Source: a virus
Length of the DNA: 64,000 nt
IMG/VR virus record: IMGVR_UViG_3300044771_000012
Span: 1 to 64,000 of that record
Direction: 5' to 3' (one strand)
The notes beneath the pieces were generated by a model. That model ran no database searches and was not told where the DNA came from. It saw nothing but the letters and a program-made list of their open reading frames with translations. Positions within the stretch are counted from its first letter, which is position 1. Each line of letters begins with the position of its first letter. Position numbers and translations under genes: made by a program. Positions 1 to 6,451 of this stretch are shown one piece after another.

Positions 1-330
1 GGGGCGGGCCGTGGGTCTCTCTTCCTGGGGTCTCATTCCTGGGCCTCGGTCGGGGCCGTCGGTCGGTCTCCGGTTCGAGGTCGGGGCCTTCCATGCGGGC
101 GGCTGTCCGGTCTCCGGCGTCTCCGGTCAAGAGTCAAGAAAAGCGCCTTTTCCCTTTGCCTTTGTCTTCGAGGTCTTAGAGCAAGGGCGGCAGGGGTAAA
201 GGGTCAAGGGTGAATAAAAAGGCAGGGCGGCGGGCCTCTTCTTTCTCCTTGTCTCTGGGGTCTCTTCCTGGGTCTGCATAGGTGCAGGGTTCGAGCTTTG
301 AAAGTTAACATAATAAATCTTATGCGACAT
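1..330. repeat. GC-rich non-coding block with dispersed short repeats
   Basis: GGGTCTC..TTCCTG unit at 13-27, 28-41 and 258-270. GGTCGGGGCC at 48-57 and 79-88. GGTCTC occurs 5 times. GTCAAG (reverse complement of the CTTGAC -35 core) at 126-131, 133-138 and 203-208. No ORF has an RBS or protein-like composition. Confidence 0.6.
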
Positions 331-348
331 TGACCTAAAAGAAAAGAC

Positions 349-377
349 TTGACAAGGCTGGATTGATGCTGTAATTA
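349..377 (+). promoter_or_regulatory. sigma70-like promoter
   Basis: TTGACA at 349-354, 17-nt spacer, TAATTA at 372-377. Preceded by AAAAGAC, the same upstream context as the promoter-like site at 20460. Confidence 0.5.
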
Positions 378-803
378 TACCATTTCAGAGGGTAAGCGGG
401 CGGCATTCGGCGGCTTTAAGGGATAAATGAGCTATTCGCAAACGCAAACGGCAGAAACCGCAAGCACCCGCACCCATGGGCATAGGCATAGAGCCAGGGG
501 GAGCAGTCGTCAAGGCCCCTGTCAAGGTAAGCCAGAACCGTCACGTAGAGTCACCCCTATTCATAGACATTTCCCGGTCACTCATCTTTCCTTAAAATCC
601 CTAAATTTTTTTGCATCGGTTCTAAATTTCTTCCACCACGAGAAGTCCCTGTTTATGCCGTGTCGAAAACGATGTGTTTATCACTCCCTGGTAGATGGTA
701 TCTTCTTTTGTAAGTCCGGGAAGCCGAGGCCAGAGGTTCGTTTCTTAAATTGCTCATATTTCTTACACCCAGTAATGTTTCACGTGAAACGTGGAGGTTT
801 GTG

Positions 804-1094
804 ATGATTAAGTTGGGTGATTTGGTGAAAGACAAGTTGACGGAGTTTAAGGGAACCGCAATCGCACGAGCCGAATATCTTTATGGGTGCGTATGGGTCT
901 GCGTCGTTCCAAGGGGGTTACATGACGATAAACCCATTGAGGATGCCTGGTTCGATGAGGCGAGACTTGAAGTGGTTATCCAGAAAAATAGGGAGAAAAG
1001 GGAATTGTCATCGTCATTTAGAAGTTATGGAGGCCCGATGCCGAGCATTCCGAAAAGAAGTGTGCCTCATCCAAATAGTCACGACGAGAAGTAG
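804..1094 (+). CDS. hypothetical protein
   Basis: ATG at 804 lies 6 nt after GGAGG (794-798). It is an internal start of track ORF 750..1094. Confidence 0.6.
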   Translation: MIKLGDLVKDKLTEFKGTAIARAEYLYGCVWVCVVPRGLHDDKPIEDAWFDEARLEVVIQKNREKRELSSSFRSYGGPMPSIPKRSVPHPNSHDEK

Positions 1095-1104
1095 GGAGGA
1101 TTTT

Positions 1105-1596
1105 ATGCAACCATGTGATCGTTGTCATCAAGAATTTGAGAAAGTGATCGCTCAACCGGATGGTCAAAACTTTTGTCTCAACTGTCATCGAGGTTTGGGG
1201 CCGGAGATCACCGATGAGGAGTATAATCGTCTTCGCATGAATTATGACGATGTAGATTTCAGGCGACTTCGGCATCGTTTTTGGGCACTTGGTCTGAAAC
1301 GTCGGTATAATGTGCTCCGAACGATAGGGTATGTGAAGGAGGGGGAAACGTTGATCGAGAAGATCGAGCGTTTCAGGCTCTACAAGATTAAGGAAATGGG
1401 TCTTGATGGGGCACTCAAGGAGTCCATTGAGGAGCAGGAAGCGGAAATTTTGGCCGAGAACGAAAAATCCGATTATCTGGCTCCGAAAGAAGAGCCCAGG
1501 ATTGAACCCTCTGGCAGGGTTCATGTAGGAAGAGCCAATCTGAAACAGGGGCCTACGAATCCGAACCCGAATCCGTGGGAGGATAGTCAAAAATGA
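1105..1596 (+). CDS. zinc-ribbon protein (CxxC..CxxC), hypothetical
   Basis: ATG at 1105 after GGGAGG. N-terminus reads MQPCDRCHQEFEKVIAQPDGQNFCLNCH. Stop overlaps the next start (ATGA). Confidence 0.65.
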   Translation: MQPCDRCHQEFEKVIAQPDGQNFCLNCHRGLGPEITDEEYNRLRMNYDDVDFRRLRHRFWALGLKRRYNVLRTIGYVKEGETLIEKIERFRLYKIKEMGLDGALKESIEEQEAEILAENEKSDYLAPKEEPRIEPSGRVHVGRANLKQGPTNPNPNPWEDSQK

Positions 1597-2114
1597 ATCT
1601 TTGGGAAATCGGAAAGGCATACATCCGGCAATGGGTGAAAGGGATTGAGATCGTCGAGATCGTTCCGGGTCTTTTTCAATCGTCTGCGATTAGGTGGCCC
1701 TGGGACAAGGAGAAGGTCAAGGCCCTGGGCGAGAAGGTGGTTGTGATCGACCTTTCTGGACAATTTGATCCGTCGATGCCGTGGCTCGAAGGTTATCTCT
1801 ACTGGCCGATTAAGGATGAGGCGAAATTGCCGAACCTGGCAGTTCTCGAAGAAGTCGCCAGGTGGGGAATGAGGATGCGGGACTTAGGGTTTACGGTCTT
1901 GACCCATTGAACGGCGGGATTTAACCGTGGCGGTCTCGTCAACGGCATAATTTTAACGCTTACCGGAATTTCGGGCGGTGAGGCCCTGAGAATTATCAGA
2001 CAGAAGAGAACGGGGTCGTTATCGAACGTCACCTTTGCCGCCTTCCTTGCAACCGTTCCGGGGGCCGGGGCTCCGACATCATGGACAAGAAGGACGGATC
2101 GTGGGAAAAAGTAA
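1593..2114 (+). CDS. dual-specificity protein phosphatase (DSPc-like) with in-frame TGA at the catalytic Cys codon
   Basis: Track ORF 1593..1910 ends ...LGFTVLTH at TGA 1908-1910. The same frame continues TAGFNRGGLVNGIILTLTGISGGEALRIIRQKR... to TAA 2112-2114. This rebuilds an H-[TGA]-TAGFN-R (HCX5R) P-loop plus the downstream DSP helix pattern. Confidence 0.6.
1925..1945 (+). promoter_or_regulatory. RNA hairpin downstream of the in-frame UGA (candidate bacterial SECIS)
   Basis: CCGUGGCG-GUCU-CGUCA(A)CGG forms 8 bp with one bulged A. The apical GGUCU starts 22 nt after the UGA. Confidence 0.3.
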
Positions 2115-2211
2115 TAAACCCTGTAAGTGCGGTCACAATCGCTGGAAGACCCTGATAAAGGGCGAGATGTGGGAATGCCGCAAATGCGGAAAAGTGAGGG
2201 TGGCGACATGA
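2101..2211 (+). CDS. small zinc-ribbon protein (36 aa)
   Basis: GTG start candidate. Product reads VGKSNKPCKCGHNRWKTLIKGEMWECRKCGKVRVAT. Its stop forms an ATGA overlap with the next gene. Below the 60-aa track cutoff. Confidence 0.4.
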   Translation: MGKSNKPCKCGHNRWKTLIKGEMWECRKCGKVRVAT

Positions 2212-2390
2212 GCGGCCCGATAATGCCTATATGGTTTGCGGCTCTTATGCTTGCCGGACTCGCCATTCCGATGGTGGGGGCGGTTGCGGCGATAGTTGTT
2301 GGTCTGATCGTAAAAAATTATTGGTTTATCGTCAGTGGAATCGTGGGGGGATGGTTCTACTGGCTTCTGATCTTGAGGCATTATTTTTAG
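2208..2390 (+). CDS. small membrane protein (2 predicted TM helices)
   Basis: Internal ATG of track ORF 2127..2390. Hydrophobic sequence MSGPIMPIWFAALMLAGLAIPMVGAVAAIVVGLIV... Confidence 0.55.
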   Translation: MSGPIMPIWFAALMLAGLAIPMVGAVAAIVVGLIVKNYWFIVSGIVGGWFYWLLILRHYF

Positions 2391-2468
2391 TCTCAAGGCT
2401 CATCATCACCTCCTTACACCTTCGGGGCGTAGATCAGGTTAAACGCCCCATTTAGAAAGGAGAGTCAG

Positions 2469-2777
2469 ATGGAAGGAGAAAAAGCGGAGGAGAAGAAAGT
2501 GGAGGGAGGCATAGGCAGGCCGGAAATGCCCAAGGCCAAAACTCGTCAAATTCCTGGGGTAGGCCGGATTGTCCTGGTCAAGACGAACGACGGTGAACGG
2601 CCCATGTTGATTACGAAGGTTTGGAATCCAAACACGGTCAACGGTATCATCTTCCTCGACGGGTGGAATGATCGAGGACTCCCGGTGACGGGAGTGAGAG
2701 AAGGTTCGTTGCTTTCTCATACGACCTCGATTGTGCGGGGGTCGGAGGCGAACCAGTGGAGGTTCTATGACGATTAG
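2469..2777 (+). CDS. hypothetical protein
   Basis: ORF preceded by AAAGGAGAG. Confidence 0.6.
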   Translation: MEGEKAEEKKVEGGIGRPEMPKAKTRQIPGVGRIVLVKTNDGERPMLITKVWNPNTVNGIIFLDGWNDRGLPVTGVREGSLLSHTTSIVRGSEANQWRFYDD

Positions 2778-3039
2778 CCGAAAGGTCTTTGGCGATCTGG
2801 CGGAAGCGATACTTCAAGCCGGAGCGATCCAGGCGGTGAAGTATTACAGTCCGAAACTTAGGGTAAAGGCGAGTCGCAGACTTATCGGAGGGAAGATCGA
2901 CAAGAGGTATAAGGGTGTCGAAATTCTTTTCACCGTTGGCCCTCCGAATTATGCGGAACGTCGGTTTGTCCGCCAAGCGGAGAAAGCGAAGGAACCTTTC
3001 CCGATCAAGAAACTTCAACTCAAGTGGTTGAAGAAATAG
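2767..3039 (+). CDS. hypothetical protein
   Basis: ATG at 2767 after GTGGAGG. Internal start of track ORF 2731..3039. Confidence 0.55.
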   Translation: MTISRKVFGDLAEAILQAGAIQAVKYYSPKLRVKASRRLIGGKIDKRYKGVEILFTVGPPNYAERRFVRQAEKAKEPFPIKKLQLKWLKK

Positions 3040-3048
3040 GGAGGAGTC

Positions 3049-3282
3049 ATGCCAGAGAATAAATCATTTACAGACCAAAAACTCGAAGCGGAAATTAATC
3101 TTTTAAAGGCCGAGACGGAAAGGTGCAGGGCCGAAACTGAACGAATTAGGGCCGATGTTGAAAAAATCAGGGGCAATACCAGTAACGAATTCTCTGAATT
3201 TAAGGAATATGTTACAGGTTTTTTAAAGGGTGTAGATGGACGCATCTCTCTAATTGAGAAAAGCCATAAAGGAGATTTGTGA
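3049..3282 (+). CDS. coiled-coil protein, hypothetical
   Basis: GGGAGGAG RBS. Heptad-like repeats AETERCRAETERIRADVEKIR. Confidence 0.6.
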   Translation: MPENKSFTDQKLEAEINLLKAETERCRAETERIRADVEKIRGNTSNEFSEFKEYVTGFLKGVDGRISLIEKSHKGDL

Positions 3283-3737
3283 GAATAAAAAAACCCGGAC
3301 TCGCCAACGATGGATCAACCCTCATGGTATGTCGCCTGGGCGAACCCTGGGATAACCGACGGTATCTCACACAGGAAGAGATGAACCTTAAAAAGAGCGA
3401 CTTCCCGGAAGATGCCGTCTTTCTGATCGGAGGGAAAATGGAAGATAAAAGAATTACAGATTCACATATCGACGGCATCATGGAGAGGACAGATTTTATT
3501 GACCTCGTAGCCGTTCACGGGAAGACGACCATCGTTATCGCAAAACTCCCGAATGGGTTTGTCATCGTTGAATCGTCCTCGTGTGTCGATCCAAAAAATT
3601 ATAATCACGATCTCGGAGTCAAACTCTGCAAAGAGCGAATCCGGGATAAAATTTGGATGCTCGAAGGATACGTCCTTCAAATCATGGTGTCTGCCAAGAA
3701 CAACCTGATCGACAACGTGGAGTTGGCAAACCCATGA
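3279..3737 (+). CDS. Gp49-like protein (N4 gp49 / Sf6 gp66 family)
   Basis: C-terminal pattern TTIVIAKLPNGFVIVESSSCVDPKNYNHDLGVKLCKERIRDKIWMLEGYVLQ matches the family signature as I recall it. Start codon is uncertain (GTG 3279 or a downstream ATG). Confidence 0.65.
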   Translation: MRIKKPGLANDGSTLMVCRLGEPWDNRRYLTQEEMNLKKSDFPEDAVFLIGGKMEDKRITDSHIDGIMERTDFIDLVAVHGKTTIVIAKLPNGFVIVESSSCVDPKNYNHDLGVKLCKERIRDKIWMLEGYVLQIMVSAKNNLIDNVELANP

Positions 3738-4129
3738 CATTCGACGAACAGAGAAAGCGTTATTTCAACGACCCTCTCTTCCATGCTTACGTCGATATTC
3801 TTTATTCGATGCTCATGGAGGGAAGGTTAACCGTTTCGGAACTAAGAGATGCGGCCACGTTCGCCGGGATCAAATTTGAATTCGAGAATGTGGCCTCCCA
3901 TTTTAATGTGCCCGTGACACTTTGGGACGAGGGAGGATTACATGGACTTAGAGGTTTTGGGAAGGATCGACATTGTGGTGATGAAAAACGGGAAGGCCCC
4001 AATGAAGGTGGAGGGCCTGGACGAGTGGCAAATTCTAAACGTCCTCTCATCCCAGATTCACCACATCAACATGAGAATGGCGGAGAAGCCGATGAAGCTC
4101 GACGACCAAACGAAGGGGAAACTCTATAA
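3734..4129 (+). CDS. hypothetical protein (3' end uncertain)
   Basis: ATG at 3734 is coupled by ATGA to the previous stop. The last ~60 codons overlap the next well-supported gene and look low-complexity. Confidence 0.45.
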   Translation: MTFDEQRKRYFNDPLFHAYVDILYSMLMEGRLTVSELRDAATFAGIKFEFENVASHFNVPVTLWDEGGLHGLRGFGKDRHCGDEKREGPNEGGGPGRVANSKRPLIPDSPHQHENGGEADEARRPNEGETL

Positions 4130-4286
4130 AGCTCTCAAAGATATTTTTGGGACGGAAGACGGGTTTCCGATCATCAATGCTCTCGCTTGGTGTTTGAACC
4201 GGATCGCCGCTCGCATGGCTCGTGACAAGAAGAAAGAAGAGCCGATCATTCTATCTCCCGACGCCTGGGGCGGGCCTTTCATGTAA
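3942..4286 (+). CDS. hypothetical protein
   Basis: ATG after GGAGGA. Confidence 0.6.
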   Translation: MDLEVLGRIDIVVMKNGKAPMKVEGLDEWQILNVLSSQIHHINMRMAEKPMKLDDQTKGKLYKALKDIFGTEDGFPIINALAWCLNRIAARMARDKKKEEPIILSPDAWGGPFM

Positions 4287-4298
4287 AGGAGGAAGCCA

Positions 4299-4847
4299 AT
4301 GATCGACGTTTTGATAAGAAATTTGAATGAAGCCTTCGGATATGGCGTCTGGGTCTATGATAAGAACGATGCCACTGGGCAGATCAGAATTCTTCATCAC
4401 ATCGGAAGTTTTGAATGGAAGGATTTTCCGATTGGAGAACGTCTTCCCGAACCCATCTTCTCTACGTCAACACGAGAAGGTGATATTCTTTTCGACAAAT
4501 TCATCGACCATCTTAAAGAGATGGGATATGGGAAAGACAAACTTTCCATCGAGAGCGGGGAATTGAAAGCAATGAGAGAACACCTGGCGGATATGAAGAA
4601 ATTGGTTTTTACTCCACCGCCCCATTTTGCTCCAATGCTCATGGGGAATACAACTTCCGGGTTCTCGATGTTAGGCCCCATGACTCCTGGTAGAACATTT
4701 TATTCAACCCCCGCCGATCTCAAGATTTCGGCCAGCCGGGTATTGAAGGCCGCCAAAAAATGCGGGAATGCGGCGGAGGTATTGAAAGAACTTTTCCCGG
4801 AGGTCTTTGGCCCAGGATGGGAGAGATTTAAAGATGAGACCCATTAA
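4299..4847 (+). CDS. hypothetical protein
   Basis: ATG after AAGGAGGAAG. Confidence 0.65.
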   Translation: MIDVLIRNLNEAFGYGVWVYDKNDATGQIRILHHIGSFEWKDFPIGERLPEPIFSTSTREGDILFDKFIDHLKEMGYGKDKLSIESGELKAMREHLADMKKLVFTPPPHFAPMLMGNTTSGFSMLGPMTPGRTFYSTPADLKISASRVLKAAKKCGNAAEVLKELFPEVFGPGWERFKDETH

Positions 4848-5598
4848 GAATGTCACAGAGAGGCATCTTGAAGCATACCGCCTCTGGAAGATTTTTCAGA
4901 ATCATCAAAAGGTGGCCGACGAGATCGGTGTCCACGTTGACACCATTGCGAACTGGTCATCGTTTTTTGAGTGGAGAAGAAAATTTGCGGAAGACATCGC
5001 AAACGGAGACGGCAACACGATGGCCATCGTCGCCGGTTTCCGAAAGAATGCGATTGTGGTTACTGACCTCATTCAGGGCTGGACTGTAAGACTTGCCAAG
5101 ATGCACCAGGAGATCATCGAAGAAGACAGGGACTTCAACGAAGAAGAGAAACAGTTAAGGGATCGCTACATATCGGCGATCAAGACGTTTGATCCGAGGG
5201 CAATGCAGAACCTACTCGCTTATCTCAAGGCGAGTTATCAATTCGATTTGGGAACCGGCGGAGGAAATGAGGATGATCGGCCCCCAGATCGACCCGGAGG
5301 AGAGGCCGGGATTAACTTTAGAGGCCCGACACTCGTGATGTTTGGGCCAGGAAAGGGAGGAGAGAATGGGAAAGAAAAGCTCTTTCAACTCCAAGGGACG
5401 GGATCGAAATCGAGAACGAGACTCATTGGTCACAGGCCCGTTGAACAAGACGGCTTCGGAGTGGGCGGCGAAGAAGTATGCGAAGGAATCGGCGAAGATG
5501 GCGGCGGGGGCAATGGCAAGTCTGGGCCTGACCCAATTAATAAACAAGGAGCCGGAGTCGCCGATCACGATAGAACTGAGGATTCTCCGTGGGCCTGA
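4834..5598 (+). CDS. HTH DNA-binding protein, possible terminase small subunit (3' end uncertain)
   Basis: The N-terminal HTH-like segment QKVADEIGVHVDTIANWSS followed by a helical region resembles TerS architecture. However, it lies 2.8 kb upstream of TerL. Its Gly-rich tail overlaps the next gene. Confidence 0.4.
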   Translation: MRPIKNVTERHLEAYRLWKIFQNHQKVADEIGVHVDTIANWSSFFEWRRKFAEDIANGDGNTMAIVAGFRKNAIVVTDLIQGWTVRLAKMHQEIIEEDRDFNEEEKQLRDRYISAIKTFDPRAMQNLLAYLKASYQFDLGTGGGNEDDRPPDRPGGEAGINFRGPTLVMFGPGKGGENGKEKLFQLQGTGSKSRTRLIGHRPVEQDGFGVGGEEVCEGIGEDGGGGNGKSGPDPINKQGAGVADHDRTEDSPWA

Positions 5599-5635
5599 TC
5601 CGCAATTTAGGATTACAATCGAGGGGAAACCATGA
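5366..5635 (+). CDS. hypothetical basic protein
   Basis: ATG at 5366 after AAGGGAGGAG. Internal start of track ORF 5342..5635. Confidence 0.5.
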   Translation: MGKKSSFNSKGRDRNRERDSLVTGPLNKTASEWAAKKYAKESAKMAAGAMASLGLTQLINKEPESPITIELRILRGPDPQFRITIEGKP

Positions 5636-5898
5636 AGAGAGCGTTCACCGTTTATTATCGGGAGCAAGATGGAGAGGTTGGAGACATTGATTTCTCGGAG
5701 GACTTTAATAGAGAATCAACCTTGATGCAGGCGGATGTCATCGGGGATTTGATTCAAGACCTCACAAAGCGGTATAACCGTTATATTCAAAGAGGAGTCG
5801 TCGGAGGAGAAAGGAGATTAAAGTCATGCCAGGCAAACACAGAGCACATACACCATACACCACGGAAGTCCAGACAACAGCCGGTAATATCGCCTTAG
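5632..5898 (+). CDS. hypothetical protein
   Basis: ATGA coupling to the previous gene. Confidence 0.5.
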   Translation: MKRAFTVYYREQDGEVGDIDFSEDFNRESTLMQADVIGDLIQDLTKRYNRYIQRGVVGGERRLKSCQANTEHIHHTPRKSRQQPVISP

Positions 5899-6089
5899 CC
5901 GCACGGGAAGGAAAATTCCCGAAATCGAAACTGAGGGGAGCCTCGAAGGAAATGGCTAAAGGGATGACCATGATGGAATTAAAAAGTCATTCGGCAGAGG
6001 CCAAGGGGAAAGACCTTCCCCACAAGATAACCAAACGGAAGATGGATCACGCCGGACATGGCCGATCTCATCGAAACGGGAAGTGGTAA
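5826..6089 (+). CDS. hypothetical basic protein
   Basis: ATG after AGGAGAAAGGAG. Confidence 0.55.
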   Translation: MPGKHRAHTPYTTEVQTTAGNIALAAREGKFPKSKLRGASKEMAKGMTMMELKSHSAEAKGKDLPHKITKRKMDHAGHGRSHRNGKW

Positions 6090-6098
6090 AAGGAGAGA

Positions 6099-6329
6099 AT
6101 GCTGATGGCAAAACTCAAATATGGTGATGCGAGCGAAATCGCAAAATTGGAACAGGCGGCAGGTTTGGAGCCAACACCTGCTCCTCCTCCGAACGAGGGC
6201 AAAACCTCTCCTACGGAGCCAGTAGGAATGGAACGTTCCTATAAAGGGCCTTATGCAAAAGGCGAAACCATCAAGTCCGGGGAAAAGGCAAGGTTATGGG
6301 AAGGCCCGAAACCCTGGCGAAAGAAATAA
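6099..6329 (+). CDS. hypothetical protein
   Basis: ATG after AAAGGAGAG. Confidence 0.55.
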   Translation: MLMAKLKYGDASEIAKLEQAAGLEPTPAPPPNEGKTSPTEPVGMERSYKGPYAKGETIKSGEKARLWEGPKPWRKK

Positions 6330-6344
6330 TTAAAGTTTGAGATA

Positions 6345-6372
6345 ACCGGTGAGGGTGGCCACCCGAACCGGT
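6345..6372 (+). other. long imperfect palindrome / stem-loop
   Basis: ACCGGTGAGGGTGG/CCACCCGAACCGGT gives 12 of 14 positions paired around a GGCC centre. Flanked by the direct repeat AACCGGTGA. Confidence 0.5.
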
Positions 6373-6396
6373 GAATCTCCCCCAAGGAATAGAAAA

Positions 6397-6434
6397 AGCC
6401 CCTATCCGTGTCACGGGACGGTAGGGGCTTTTTC
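6397..6434 (+). terminator. rho-independent terminator
   Basis: AGCCCCTA...TAGGGGCT stem with an inner CCGTG/CACGG helix, followed by a T run. Confidence 0.7.
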
Positions 6435-6451
6435 TTTGGGGTGAGAAGACC

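Noticed and set aside
427-804. 125-aa ORF in the leader region
   Set aside because: No RBS. His/Arg/Ser-rich with low-complexity composition. I treat the region as non-coding leader.
1908-1910. Genome-wide TGA reassignment (genetic code 4/25-like) as the explanation for the in-frame TGA
   Set aside because: TGA terminates many genes here in ATGA stop/start overlaps (for example 1596, 3737, 13874, 15665 and 39747). The only standard tRNA seen is Asn(GTT), not a suppressor.
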